From positions 120,568,636-120,632,635 of the forward strand of contig NC_052161.1 in assembly GCF_902713615.1 (NCBI RefSeq): a stretch of 64,000 bases of DNA, written 5' to 3'. Below the pieces are notes generated by a model. It did not search any database. It was not told the origin of the DNA and saw only the letters and a program-made list of their open reading frames with translations. A program made the position numbers and the translations under genes. The stretch's first letter is position 1. Each line of letters starts with the position of its first letter. Source of the stretch: Scyliorhinus canicula (taxonomy: Eukaryota). Of the stretch, positions 1-15,500 are shown piece after piece.

Positions 1-563
1 GAAATTTTCCACCTTAACGGACATGCTGAAAACAAGTCTGCGCCTTTCAAAAGACAACAGATCAACATATTTGTGGATTACCTTGTGCAGCTGGTTCCAC
101 GGCAGCATGAACAAAGAAAGCACCATTTAAGAGTTGAACATGAAGAATAAACCTTCACAGCATGTATAACATTCCCGTCTCATTGTTAACAATACAATTT
201 CATGGAAGTTTAATGGTAGGGATATGGTCCTGAATGGGACGACACCTCCAGCAACTTCATTCGAGTTGTTGCTCTTCTAAACGTGGGACGTAACCAAAGT
301 TTTTAACTGGGTACAGTACTGGTGCCAATGGAACAGTTTTTCGAATCTGTTTTTGGGATAGCTGGTCCATATTTGGTACCAATCCTTTGTTGACTGGTCA
401 GTGAGAGTGAACTAAAACAGATAAAGTAGTGACTATCAAGGGTTCCACATGGTGGCGTTGCTCTTCATTAAAACATTTAGTGAACTGCAAGTATGATTCA
501 AGTATTCCTGACTCTTTCCTTCTGAAAATGCCAACATTTGGAATCCTTGGGATTAAACAGTAC

Positions 564-3500
564 CTGCTTTCTTCCCAAATTCACCCTCCAGTTCTGCCTG
601 TGTTCCTGTTAGAGGCAAATCAACCATCTCCATGGTAACAACTTCTGCTAATGCCTCTTCCCGTGTCCAAATAATTCGACCTGTGAAAACAGTGGATGAT
701 CCTGAGACCTCTGCTGCAATCTAAAAATCACACTACTTGTGGACACTCACTATGGCCCGATGGGCCTGCTCCTGTAGCTGCGAGTGGTGCAGAGCGCCTT
801 GTCAGGACTAACTGCTTTCCTCCTCCTTGCCTGAATTCCCAAAGTGTCAGGGGTACAAACCGGAGGAGTTCAGAATAATTCCAGTCTTTCCTTCAGTGTT
901 GGAAAGCTGTTGCTTGTTCTGCACCTTCCTACAACAGTACAGGTCCATTCATGACTCAATGTACAGGGATGTGAGGAGGAAAGAGGTCTCACAACCCCAC
1001 AATCTTATCGAGAAAGAGAGAGAGACACTGCATAATTCATCTCAGGTTTAAATCAATCTTGCCTCAATTCAAAGGAGCACCAAAAATAAAGGTGTGGCCA
1101 TATATGCCAACCTTCAAGAACAGTTTGAGCAGGGATGCACTGCCATTAACACAGTTACAACACATGCATCGCAGAGTATGAAGTATGATGCAAATTGCCA
1201 CCTTTGCAATCTAGGGACCCAGGTTGGATGGCACGATAGCACAGTGGTTAGCACTGTTGCTTCACAGCTCCAGGGTCCCAGGTTCGATTACTGGTTTGGG
1301 TCACTGTCTGTGCGGAGTCTGCACGTTCTCCCTGTGTCTGCGTGGGTTTCCTCCGGATGGTCCGGTTTCCTCCCACAAGTCCTGAAAGACGTGCTGTTAG
1401 GTAATTTGGACATTCTGAATTCTCCCTCTATGTACCCAAACAGATACTGGAATGTGGCGACTAGGGGATTTTCACAGTAACTTCATTGCAGTGTTAATGT
1501 AATGCCTACTTGTGACAATAAAGATCATTACGGTTCAATTCCCGGCTCAAAGATCATTATTAGTGAATGTTTTAGGTTGATAAAATCTTGGGGCAACTAT
1601 ATTTGTTGACCCCAAGGCAAGCTCTTGCTGAGACTCCTCACGCACCTGGTTGTTGGATGAAGATCAGCGCATGGTCAAGAGTCTGTACCAGTGCACGATA
1701 GCCAACAGAGTCATCTTTCTTCTGGAATGCATGAATATACAGCTGATGGAGAAGAGGGTGAACATGTGAGATGTGTGCACAGAAAAGACACATGGATTCT
1801 CTCAGACTTTAGTGAATGGGTTAGAAATGTTCCTTCTAAGTTATGTAGAAGATACACAAAATTAAGTTCTGAAGTTCTGATGTGTGCAACTGCCACTAAG
1901 TCTCAGTTACTTCTCAACAGTTCACCTCTCATCGCCTTATTTGCTCAGTCAGGTTTGTGTCAGTCCCATGTTGGCTTCTGTACTTGCATGAAGCCAGTGC
2001 ATTAATCATTACTAATTCAGATGATACGAGACTGATCCCAGCTTCCTTCTGCCCTACATCCTGTTCTCGTTCTTGCCCAGCAACCTCCCGGTCACCCCTG
2101 CTCCCTCGCCCAGAAACTAGCCCCACATCCAGGCCCCTCCTGCCCAGCAACCACCCAAAACCCTTGCAATCTCCACTCACAGCAGCAAACCCCACTGTCC
2201 CAATCACATCCTCACCTGCTCAGGTTGGCCACAGTTTGGGTCCAGGTTGAAGTTCATGGCAGTGTCCAGTAGGCGCCTGCCATTCTCTGCTGAGTACAGA
2301 TTGACACTAAAAGCCTGAAAGACAAAACAAAATGCCAGTCAAAAGAGCAACCTTACAGCAACTTCCCCAGTAGATAGCTAGGCCGGTCTCCTGGGAGGCC
2401 AGACCCATGGGACTGATCAGCACTCAATCCAACAGAGCACTGCAATGGGAACAGGAGAGGAAATAAGGTAACTGGAGTTTCAGCAATGATGTCACTATCA
2501 ATATTCCAAGGAGACAACCTGTTCTTCTTCAAATAGCATCTGTGGTTTTTTCTTTTAAAAAAATAAATAAATTTAGAGTATCCAATTCTTTTCTGTCCAA
2601 TCATTGGGGAATTTAGCGTGGCCAATTCATCTACTCAGCACATCTTTTTGGGTTATAGAATTTACAATGCAGAAGGAAGCCATTCGGTCCATCAAGTCTG
2701 CACCGGCCCTTGGAAAGAGCACCCCACCTAAGCCCACTCCTCCACCCTATCCTTGTAACCCATTAACCCCACCCCACCTTTTTGGACACGAAGGGCAATT
2801 TATCATGTCCAATCCACCTAGCCTTCATCATAACCTGAATAATGTTCCCCAATTAACTTGTTTGTCTCAATGAAAAACAAATAAGACTGCAGCATTAGCA
2901 GAAAAAGAGTATAACATTCCTACATTTTCAAAACCCAACATCTTAATTACTGTGCGTTGCACTGGGGAGTCTGCTAATCTATGAATAACATATTAACGGT
3001 TTAATTTAACAATGCAATTCCTATGTTACCTTTATTTTCTAATGCATTTCAGTTCTACCATACCCATTTGTCATGTTTAAACTTTCTTATTCATTTCATT
3101 TAACTCAGTTCTCCAAGGTAGGTTAAAGTTCATACAGGCTAGATCCAGAGTAAAGCTCCCCTACCATACAAAGGGTATCAATTTCACTTCAGGTTTAAAA
3201 AATTTTTTTTTTCTTACCGTTTTATTTTTAGCTGTCATCACAGCCGCCACCACCTTGTCACCAGTTGTAGCAAAGGACACCAACACAGCCTGCAAAAAGG
3301 AAAACAATTAGGCCCGAAGGAACAGAATTTCATGGAGATTTAGCAATAAACAAAGCAGAAATTACTCTGCTGTTCATTTGGCTGGTCCTGAAATGCAACC
3401 CTACCCCCCCAAAGAAATGTGCCCTTATCAGCGTCTTCTACGTCACAACTTCTTCATTGTAAAACACTCAGGAAACCTGCAAGCCACCAAAATCTTCATT

Positions 3501-6500
3501 TTGAAAACTCCACAAATAAATTTATATTTTCCAAGCTTCGCTTGCACCAAAATATTTGGCTTCAAACTGACTCAGCAAGAGAAATTCTCACTCTCCACTA
3601 TGTATTAGGGCAAGCTAAACATTTAGATCAAGAATATCTGCAATGCCGAGTAAGGTGATGGATCCAGGAGCCAGAAGCCGAGTGGGTGCGTGCGGAGGAG
3701 GCCTCCTGCATGGGGACCTCCCTCCGGGCCCTCGCCACGGCAGCACTCCCATCCCCACCCAAAAAACACTCCAGCAGCCCAGTGGTGACAGCCACCCTCC
3801 AATCCTGGAACCAACTGCGGCAGCAATTTGGCCTGAACAAAATGTCGGACAAGGCTCCCATCTGCAACAACCATAGGTTCAAACCAGCACTGACTGACGC
3901 CACCTTCAAAAGGTGGAGGCAGCACGGGGGGACACTGACAGTCAGGGACCTATACACGGACGACAGGATCGCAACACTGGACGAACTGACAGAGAAATTT
4001 CGGCTAGCTGGGGGGAAACGAGCTACGGTACCTGCAGCTCAAAAACTTCCTACGAAAGGAGACAAGGACGTACCCACAACCGCCACGACAGACACTACTG
4101 GAAGACCTACTGGACGCAAGTATCCTAGAGAAAGGGAACTGTAGCGACATGTATGACCGACTGGTAGAAAGGGACGACACCGTACTGGACGCAACAAGAA
4201 GGAAATGGGAGGACGACCTGGGGATGGAGATAGGGTGGGGACTCTGGAGCGAAGCACTGCATAGGGTCAACTCCACCTCCACATGCGCAAGGCTCAGCCT
4301 GACGCAACTAAAAGTGGTACATAGAGCCCACTTAACAAGAAACCGTATGAGTAGGTTCTTCCCGGAGGTGGAGGACAGATGTGAACGGTGCCAAAGAGGC
4401 CCGGCCAACCGCGCCCACATGTTCTGGTCTTGCCCCAGACTTGTGGAGTACTGGACAGCCTTCTTCGAGGCTATGTCCAAAGTGGTGGGGGTGAGGGTGG
4501 AGCCATGCCCGATAGTGGCGGTCTTTGGGGTTTCAGACCAGCCAGATCTATTCCTGGGGAGGAGGGAGGAGGGCGGACGCCCTTGCCTTTGCCTCCCTGA
4601 TGTAGCCACCTAAGATGGACACTGGGCTACCAAAATGGCGAACTGCTAAGGCTGCAGGGAGAAAACAGTCTTAGCCAGGACAAGCAGCTTGCAGAAGGAT
4701 AATTAGCATTCTGCACGTATCGAAACCAGTTTATGGCCAGGTGCAGGATCTCAGCTTAAGGTGTAAATGGCAACAACGATTTGCATAGTAATGAGGTGAT
4801 CCAGATCTAGGCCCACACAATAGCAACATTTGGGTTTGAATGGATACTTTGAGTGGACGCCCAGACGAAACGGCACCAGAAGTATCCATCACAAAGCACC
4901 ATAGAGACCGCCCCACCCATCGAGAAGAGACCCTCAGATTGGGGGATTTGTAAGATATCGATTGGGAAATGACCCAATCGATACATGGCAGGTAAAGGCC
5001 CGCCCCGAAGAGGCACGGACATTGGGGGACCTATAAAGGTAGACCCCGCACATGGTTCTGTCTGTTGTTGCTCCGGCTTGCTGTTGACTCCGGCCCAGAT
5101 CTGCTGTTGCATCCTGCCTCCGACCCCAGCCTCCAGATCCTGTCTTTCATCACCGGCCGTTGAGCACCAGCCATCGTTCAGTAAGTGCCAAAACGACGCT
5201 CGCTACGTGACCCCGGCATTGCTTATACTCTAGCCGACTATTAGAGAACAGAAGGTGCAGTCCAGAAAGGAACAAAGGCCTTGTCCCCTGACCTTGCTGG
5301 TTCCTACTTAGATAAGTATTTAGTCGTTTAATAGTAGAAATAAGTATTAGTCTTTAGCGTATGCATGCGTATTTATTATATTTGTATAATAAATATCAAT
5401 CGTTTGAACTTACTAATCGGTGTATAGTTTTATTACTTTGAACCTGACCTTGATATACTTGTGAGGTGTCTAAATACGGCACCTGGCGACTCCGAGCTGA
5501 AATTACATACACAGAGCTGTAGTAGTGTTAAGCACACGGCCTTTAAACGGAGGCGTGTTAATACACTCCAATAAACGCGTAATACACTCAAGTAAAACGT
5601 GCAACACTGATCACCCGCCATAGAATCCTGTTTGGCTGGCGGTCAGCAGCACCGCCCAGAGCTGCAGACTGGCTGTCCGACCTCTCGGAATCTCTCCAAA
5701 TGGAGAAAATCAAATTCGCCATCCGAGGGTCGGACGACGGCTTCCACAGAACGTGGGAGCCATTCATGCAACTGTTCCGGGACCTGTTTGTGGCCAACGT
5801 ACAAGAGGAAGAATAGTCGGGGGGCCAAGAATCAGGGGAAAATGGACGGGAATCGGGGGAAGGTAGCCGGGGGGTGGGGGGTTTGATGGCTAGCTAAGGC
5901 CCAAAACCAAACTGTAAATAACTGCCAATAAACATGTGCCTCGGCCATATTGGGGAATGTAAAATATGTATGCCGGCTGAAGGGGGGAGGCCACAGTTAT
6001 TATTACGAAGATGCTTACCTGTAAATATATATGTTAATTTTTGCGTGTTCTTTTTTTTTCTCTCTCTCTAACAATTTGTAATTTGTTCAATATAAAACAT
6101 GAAAACTGAATTAAAAACATTTATAAAAAAAAAAGAATATCTGCAATGCGATGAGGCCCAACTAATAACAGCAGCCTTTCAGTGGAATGCAAGGTCAGGC
6201 TTCATAACAAAGATGGAAGATAATCAGCAATCAAATGGTCTCTCTCAATGAGCAACTCAACACAATTAGCATTTGTCAAGCTAGCAGTTCCTCGACATGC
6301 ACCACATGATCTTGCTTACATTAATGTCGGTACATCAGCCTGTACCCTAGCTGGAGTGTTAAGCACTCAACGACTGTTCATTTCTTACCTGTACAAAGTC
6401 ACGTAGTAGGCTGAATATTCCCTCATGCAGCTGTAATAATGCATAACGGGTCTCTGACAACTGGAGACAGAATTGAGAAGACGAGGCCACCAGTGGAGAT

Positions 6501-9500
6501 GACTGAGTTGTTAAAATCTTTCCCTCAAAACCCTCAGCTAGTTCCAGCTCTAGAGACTACAAGTTAGAAGCAGAGAGAAATAGGAAAAGCAGTAAAGATG
6601 AAAGCAGGCAATGAATACAGCAAAAAAAAAGTCAGCACTTCCCAAACGCAAACAATAAAATTATTTTTGTTGCCAAATTTGCAGCAACCATAAATAGTTG
6701 AGCAGTAAAAGAGACAAAGTCTTTAACCTACACAGACACACCTGTGCACATTCATTGTTTTTTTGGACATCTTTTTCTTGGCATTTCACATATTTATAAA
6801 CAGTTGTATATATATATAGCTGATTTACTTTCTTGTACAGAGAGGTTTATTTTGTCCTTCTTTTAACTGACCCTATGTACATTTCGCTGGCCTCTGGATC
6901 GGTATATAGTTCCCCCCCCCCCCTTCCTCGATGCCCCCTATCCTTCCTTTCCTCCCCCCACTTTCCCTTCCTCCTCCTCCCCCCCCCCCCCCGAACAGTT
7001 TTGGAACAGGCCGACAGACTGCTCCCAACAAACTGCTCCCAAGTATCCAGGAAGCCTTCCTTCGACCCTCAGATGGTGTACTTAATATTCTCCAGGTGGA
7101 GAAATTCCGAGAGGTCAGCGAGCCAGTCTGCAGCCGTGGGTGGTGCTGCCGATCGGCAGCCGAGCAGGATTCCCCCGGCGTGCGATTAGGGAAGCGAAAG
7201 CTAGGGCATTAGCCCCTTCCCCGGGTTTAGCTCTGGCTGCTCCGATACCCCAAAGATTGCCACTATTGGGCATGGCTTCACCCTCAGCCCCACAACCTTG
7301 GACATTGCCTCGGAGAAGGCTGTCCAGAATCCAGCAAGTTTGGGACGAGCCCAAAATATGTGGATGTGGTTGGCCGATCCCCTCTGGCACCATTCACATT
7401 TATCCTCCACCTCCGGGAAGAACCTGCTCATTAGGATTCTGATCAGGTGCACTCTGTGCATCACTTTGAGCTGCATTAGGCTTAGCCTTTGCAGGAGGAG
7501 GTGGATTTCGCCCTGCTCAGTGCTTCGCTCCAAAGTCCCCACCCTACCTCTGTCCCCAGTTCGTCCTCCCAGTTCTGTCTGGTCCTGTCCAGTGCTGTTT
7601 CAGCTCTATCCAGTAGCTGTCCATATATTTTCCCACATAGCCCCCCTTCTCGCTGCATGTGCCCATCAGGTCCTCGAGTAGTGTGTTTTCTGGAGCCCCA
7701 GGGTACCCTACTGTCTCTTTGCGGAGGAAGTGTTTTATTTGGAGGTGTCTCATTTGCTGTCTGACAATTTTATCAGTACTTCAGTTAAAATTTCAATCTG
7801 CTTTGCCTACTTGACATTTTCAAACATTTCACACTAGCGAGCAAAAACCTCTGGCCAGCTGTGGATGGAAGGAGGTTCCCATCACTGGCTAACTATGGGA
7901 GGAGACAGGTTCTCAAACGTGATCCACAGTGGTGGACAATGAACGAAAGCAAAACTCAAAGGGAGAAATACGTTTTTCAAGGGAACAGCATCCTGAATCA
8001 CATTTATACAGCCTATTAACATTGACAGAGACCCAGGGAAGCATGGTGGCGCAGTGGTAGCACTGCAGTCTCACGGCGCCAAGGTCCCAGGTTCAATCCC
8101 GGCTCTGGGTCACTGTCCGTGTGGAGTTTGCACATTCTCCCCGTGTCTGCGTGGGTCTCACCCCCACAACCCAAATATGTGCAGGGTAGGTGGTTTGGCC
8201 ACTCTTAATTGGAAAAAAAATGAATTGGTCAATTTACATTTTTAGAAAAGAATAATATGAAGCAGAGTGTAAAGGTCAATGGGTATTTTTCATGTGAGAG
8301 GGAGGTTTGTAGTGATGTTCCTCAGGGGTCAGTACTGGGACCTTTGCTTTTCCGGAAATATATTAATGATGTAGATCTTGGTGTGCAGGGAACAATTTCA
8401 AGGTTTGCAGATGATACAAAACTTAGAAATGTTGTAAACTATGAAGAGGGCAATGCAGAACTTCAAAAGGGTATAGACAAGTTGGTGGAGGGGAAGATAG
8501 GTAACAAATGAAGTTCAAAGCAAAGTGTGAGGTGATTTTGCTAGGAAGAACATGGCAATATAAAATATGGGGTAACATTCCTAAGGGGATTCAGGAGCAG
8601 TGGATCCTGGGTGATGTATAGATCATTGAAGATAGGACAGGTGGAGAGAGCACTTAGTAAAGCATATAGTATTCTGGACTTTATTATTAGGGGCATTAGA
8701 GTACAAGAGCAAGGAGGCTATGCTCAACTTATCCCAGACACTAGTTAGACCTCAGCTGGAGTATTGTGTACAGTTCTGGACACCACACTATAGGAAGGAT
8801 ATGAACACATTGGAGAGAGTGCAGAAGAGATTTAGGAGAATGGTTCCAGAGATGTGAAACTTCAGTTACAAGATTAGATTGGACAGGTTGGGACTGTTCT
8901 CTTTGGAGGGAAGTACACTAAGAGGATATTTGACAGAGATGTTCAAAATCGTGAGGGAGCTAGACAGAGTAGGCAGGAAGAAACTGCTCCCACTCGTAAA
9001 AAAGATCAAGAATATGAGGGCACAGATTTAAGGTGATTTGCAAAAGAAGCAAATGTGATGCGAGAAAAAAATGTTTTCACACACCCAGTGGTTCGGGTCT
9101 GGAATGCACTACCCAGAAGTAGGGTGGAGGCAGGTTCAATCAAGGCATTCAAGAGGACATTGGATTGTTATTTGAATGAAAAAATGTGCACGAGTATGAG
9201 GAAAAGGCAGTTAAGTCACGAAACCTGTTTGGAGAGCAGGTGCAGACACAATGGGCTGAATGGCCTCCTTCTGCACCATAACAATTCCATGATTCCGTAA
9301 TTTGCATCACATTAGCTCAGAGTGAAAAGGGAATGGGAGACCTACAGAGTGTTACTCAGTCGTTACCTGTAAAACAACCTGCTCAGGTTCTTGAGCAGAT
9401 TCCAATGGCAATATCCAAAGGGAGTGAGATTCGGTGTCTATGCAGGTCAAGATTCCATCCCCAACAACTCCACAAAGATCCTGCAATCGTCGGATCCAGG

Positions 9501-12500
9501 GGGTCGATATAGTCACCTGATCATGGAAAACAGAAATTTTTAATCAGGAAAGAAAAGGCCCACTTCCTTGTATCTCTGCAGGAAGGTTAGCGACAACTTG
9601 CAATGGACAGCACTCATCCCCAATGCAACACTCTCAGTATCATGGAGTTTAATAATGAGCCGAATATAGTTACAGATCCTGCATTCTCTTGTCATGGCTC
9701 CAAATGGCTGGCAAGGCAAGAGCAACGTCCCCCACACAAAATGAGAGTGGAAGGAAAAGTAACGTTTAAACATAATTCTAGGTATTTAATGTTTCAGCAC
9801 TCACAAAGGGCTAGCACCTAGTAACAAGAGCCAACCAAGAGTGAGATCTACAGGAGCGAATAAGATCTTATTTGAAATCACATCAGTGACCACAAACAGC
9901 ATCAAGTGCATTCCCTCAATAAACACCATAGTTTTATGCTAGCTTTTTATCTATTGCATCTCCCTCTCCACATGATATTTTTCTCTTGCTAGTTTCCTTC
10001 AATTCGAATGATCACATTTCCATTGCCCGGAACCCCCATTTCCAAACCTGCGATCACCTGTTCGATAATTTTCCCATCGTCAATGTCATAGAGAACGATG
10101 ACAAGATGAGAGCCAGCAACCATTCCTACTAGGTACACTGTGCCACTTCCTCCCGAGTATAGGAGTTGATACTGGACCTTCTCACTGAGTGGAAAAAAAA
10201 TAGAGAAATGAAAAAAATGAAAATCACTTATTGTCACGAGTAGGCTTCAATGAAGTTACTGTGAAAAGCCCCTAGTCTCCACATTCCAGTGCCTGTTCGG
10301 GGAGGCTGGTACGGGAATTGAACCGTGCTGCCAGCCTGCCTTGGTCTGCTTTCAAAGCCAATGATTTAGCCCAGTGTGCTAAACCAGCCCCTGTAGAAGT
10401 ACATTAAATATCAGATAGTCAACAAACCAATAATTCCTGCCAGCCTTAAGCATGCAGACAAGCAATTTTAACTTGAGATATACTTCCGCTGCACAGCAAA
10501 AACGGTTTACAAATTTCAACCCCCACCTATTGTGTGGCGAGATTCATCATTGCAGGTATATGGTGAAGTTACATTTTCCATCAGTAGGAAAGCAGTTAAT
10601 GACATGCTCCGCGCACTAGAACAGACAGTAGCTGCCCCCGTCAGGCATCCTGATTCAAAAGCAGACCAAGACAGAGAAACTAGGGCACAAGCGAAAATAA
10701 AACTATTCACATATTTAATTTCAAATCAACATTAGATGGCTCTGGGAGACTTTTCATCTGTAAAGTGGGAAGTTTGCAGATCTTCAAACATAGCTCAACA
10801 CCCCTTGTGGCTCTGCATCAGAATAAATATCAATTGTTGGAAAATGCGCACATCAGGAGCATGAACGAGTCACAGCAGGCTTCTATAAAGCTCCAACAGT
10901 AACCACTTCTCCCCAACCTCTGTTATTGATATTCAAAACCCGTTTACATCAACTGTTAAATAACCAACCATCATGTCACAGGTTAATACACATACAGCTT
11001 CCTTACCTTTCTGGTAAAGCTTCACTCCATTTCTGATGTCCATTTGAGAGATAATGAAGTGAAATGGATGCTTTCTTCAAAACGGCAATGTGCCTGACTC
11101 CTTCAGCAGAGCCGACAAGGCAACCCGTCTGAAAACTGAAACAAACTTGTAAATTCAGAAAAGCAGAAATATATTTTTTTAATAAATTTAGAGTACCCAA
11201 TTATTCTTTTCTAATAAAGGGGCAATTTAGCGGGTCCAATCCACCGAACCTGCACATCTTTGGGTTGTGAGGATGAAACCCATGCAGACACGGGGAGAAT
11301 GTGCAAACTCCACACGGACAGTGACCCGGGGCTGAGATCGAACCCGGGTAGAAAAGCAGTAATCGTCACACCCGTAATTCTTCCCAGGGCAAACAGTTTG
11401 AGTATCAACCTGCAAATCCTTCAAACACACACCAACGGCAGGCAGTAAGAGTGGGAATCATGGTCAGCCATGAAAGATGGTGTCTCTCCATCACTGTCCA
11501 CAGCTCCAGACTGCAACATGAAAACGTGGTCTCCTGTGTCAACTGTAACACCATCATTACTAATCCTTTCCAGGGGTAATAAGATTCAGACCATATTTCA
11601 CTCCTGGCTATCGATATACTCGATATAAAATACCAATAATCCACAATTAAGATTTCAACTGCTCACTGTGATCCCCCCCCCCCCCCCCCCCCCCCCCAGT
11701 TTGATATTGATGTAATGGATCTATTCAGTATCAAGTTCACCATCAAGCTAATTGTAGCCATCATCCTTTCCTTGGTAATAAACAATTGAAAAGGCAGAAT
11801 TGAAGTTCTTGATGCTTTTCACCAAATTTAATGCAAAGGAATAATCAGGGGCTCTGCTAAGTAACTGACCAGAATTCTCCAAATTATGGTACCTCATAAA
11901 AGCAGCAATAAAACAGTATTTCCTCTCCTTTCTTCAATTGTCTCCTCTCCACAGAAGAACATATTGGCTCAGTGATAAGGGCTTTTTTCTGCTCAAACAA
12001 TCAGCTGCATCCATGTGTTGGACACTGTCAGGAGACAGGGGCATCACTGCTAAGCCCGATATGATCCTTACCTTTTTTCCAATTAAGGGGCAATTTAGCA
12101 TGGCCAATCTACCTATCCTGCACATCTTTGTATTGTGGGGGCGAGACCCATGCAGGCACGGGGAGAATGTGCAAACTCCACACGGACAGTGACCCGGGGC
12201 CTGGATCGAACCCAGGTCCTCAGCACCGTGAGGCAGCAGTGCTAACCACTGTGCCACCGTGCTGCCCAGATCAGGAGCTGACTCACAGACCTTCCCCAGT
12301 TTAAATGCTGGACAAGGGGGCAGAATGTATGATCTTCCTGCTCTGTTTAGCTCAACTACATACTGGATAAACTCAAGAAGCTAGTGGGGCAGGGTGCCAG
12401 GTAAAAGTAGTGTGTCTGGGTGATGCCTTGAAAAAGAATTGGTATTTCAGCAGATCAGAGACTTGGGCACTAATAATTTATTTTTATAGCAACATCTTTT

Positions 12501-15500
12501 AGGAACCATCACACATTCAATTACTCGAAACCTGCATAACTGAAATAGTAACAAGTGAACAAGTGCAAATGTCAGAAACAATGTGATTTCAAGTGTGCAG
12601 ATGAGGAACTGCAAGAGAATCCCTCACCGAGATTCTTCCTGCAATCAGTTCCGTCCACTGTTGGGTGTCAGTGCTTTAGAGCCATGCAGTTCTCACCTTC
12701 CAGTCTCGAGCAGGAACTCCCAGTTCAAGCCACCAACGTTTGTATCCCATGAGCGCAGCAATCGTCCTCCTCCTGACACAGTCAGCGCATCTGTGAAAAA
12801 TCAAAAGTACTAAATCTCCCTGAACCCACAAGAATCTCTACGACTAAGTTTAATTAACAAAACACTTAAATGAATTACCATAATAGTACAATGAAATTAG
12901 TTAATTCTTGCTTTTGAGAGTAATCCTGCGTTACTACTTTTAAACCAAAGTTAATTCAGAATGGACCAATTGGATTAAACCAGAATGGGACTAACATCCT
13001 TTCAGGGTCTGGCAGTTCAATAGCACGGTAGCACAGTTCCTTCACAGTCCAGGGTTCCAGGTTTGATTCCCAGCTTGGGTCACTGTCTGTGTGGAGTCTG
13101 CACGTTCTCCCCGTGTCTATGTGGATTTCCTCCGGGTTCTCCGGTTTCCTCCCACAAGTCCCAAAAGACATGCTGTTAGGTGAATTGGATATTCTGAATT
13201 CTCCCTCCGGGTACCCGAACAGGTGCCAGAATGTGGCGACTAGGGGCTTTTTCACAGTAACTTCATTGCAGTGGTAATGTAAACCTACTTGTGACAATAA
13301 AGATTATTATAATTATTAGAGAGGACAGGGTGTAAAAGAGGTGTCACAATATTGATCAAGGAGCCAATTACTGCAGTAAGGAGGTATGATATCTTAGCAG
13401 GCTCCTCAGTTCAGGCCCTATGGGTGGAATTTATAAATAAAAATGGGCCAATCATGTTGCTGGAAGCGTACTATACACTCCCAAACAGTCAGGGAGCAGA
13501 AATGTAGACAAATCTCAGAGTAGTGTAAAAATAATAGGGATTTCAACTTCCCCCAATATTAATTGTGATAGGCACAGTGCAAAAGGTTTAGAGAGGCTAA
13601 ATTCGTAAAGTTCAGCCTGCACTTGGGAAATCCTACAAGGAGGGGAACTGTACCCATTCCCTAATTTTAGGGAATGAAGCCTGGCAGGTGGTAGAAGTAT
13701 CAGTGGGGGGAGCATTTATGTGATAGTGACCATAACTCAGTAAAGTTTAAGGTAGTTATGGAAAAGGGTAAAGATGGATCAGAAATAAATGGGGGAATTG
13801 GGGGAGGGCTGATATTAACAGGATAAGACAGGATCTGGTAAAAGTGGACTGGGAGCAGCTATATGCAGGAAAATCCACATCAGAGCAGTGTGAGTCATTC
13901 AATAGAGAGTACAGAGCCAACTTGCTCCCATTAAAGGTAAAGGGTGAGACCTAAAAGTCCAGACAACACAATGTCAAGGGATGTTCAGGAGTGGATTTTA
14001 AAAATGGGAGGTGTATGGCAGATACAGGGGGCTCAAAACAGTGGATGTCCTAGAGTACCGAAAGCGCAGAGAGTACTAAAAAAGAAATTAAATGGATCAT
14101 GTGATTTAAGTGCGGGAGCAATTGTGTTTTCACGAGCTCATCTTTTACCCCTTATTTTATCCTGACAAACAACCCATAATTATTTGATCCTGGTATGATC
14201 TGTGCTATGTTCCTGGAAGATCCTGGCTAATAATCACTGTACTGTACTAGATTTGGGGGATTTGTTGCAAGTTGTGGTTATACGTATCCCCTTAGAACTA
14301 ATGTCTTTGCAATATTTTTCTCTATTTCTTTTTTGTTATTTTGGGGTTAAAGAATTGTAAACTGGACCCTGCAAAGGTACAGGCAGGTCTCACGTCTGAG
14401 AAAAATATATTATGATGTGTCATTGGTGCCTCTGGTATGCATGGAGTTGGAGGAGGTAGGTTTTGATGCACACCTGTTCAGGACACGAAAATCATATCCT
14501 ACATTTTCTCTGGCTGTATGAGCAATTGCTACAGATGAAGGTGTGCACCATTTTACCACATTTTCATGGCTTTATCCTCTTCTTCCTTGTTCTCTAGCTC
14601 AGGGGTGGGCAAACTACGGCCCGCCAAAGGTCTTTATGCGGCCCACCAGGTCATTAAAAAAAAATGTATTTTTAAAAACAAATATTTATTTACTTTTTTT
14701 AATTTTTAATTTTTTTTTAAGGTTAATGGGGGGGGGGGGGGTTGGGTTACTTACTGGTATAGGGTGGATACGTTGACTTGAGTAGGGCGATCATTGCTCG
14801 GCACAACGTCGAGGGCCGAAGGGCCTGTTCTGTGCTGTTCTATGTTCTATATGAGGCGCCCAGAATCATAACCAGGTGAAGTAATTATTTTACTTAATAT
14901 ACTATGCGGCCCTTTAAAATTGTGAATTTCTGAATGTGGCCCTTGCACGGAAAAGTTTGCCCACCCCTGCTCTAGCTTATCCATTCACCATTTTTCCTTG
15001 TGTAAATAGAGACACCAAGTTTAATGATTAAGCTGAACCAACTGTGTTGGTGTTCTGTCTTTTTCCATATTCATTCAAGTACACAGAAGCATTTCTACTG
15101 TACTGCACCAGTTGTGAGGGTTTGTTGCATTATTAGTAAAAATGGGAAAACTCTAAAATGAATTTTTTGTTTTAAATGAGGAGCCAAGAGGGGGCATGTA
15201 GAAACACTGGTGGGCAAAATAAAGGAAAAATCCCACGTTGTTTTATTTTTTTTAATATAAATTTAGAGTAATCAATTCATCTTTTTCCAATTAAAGGCAA
15301 TTTAGCGTGGCCAATCCACCGAACCTGCACAACTTTGGGTTGTGGGGGCAAAATCCACGCAAACATGGGGAGACTGTACAAATTCCACACGGAGAGTGAC
15401 CCAGAGCCAGGATTGAACCTGGGACCTCACACACATTTAGGCAAACGGGTAACCAGGGGAAGAATGCGGCCCATTAGAGACCAAAATGTCAATCGGTGTT

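Noticed and set aside
2357-2439. Cryptic EMC1 exon or hairpin (TTGCAG…GTAAGG)
   Set aside because: It is 83 nt (frameshifting), would leave a 42-nt intron, shows no similarity to EMC1, and has no clear snoRNA boxes.
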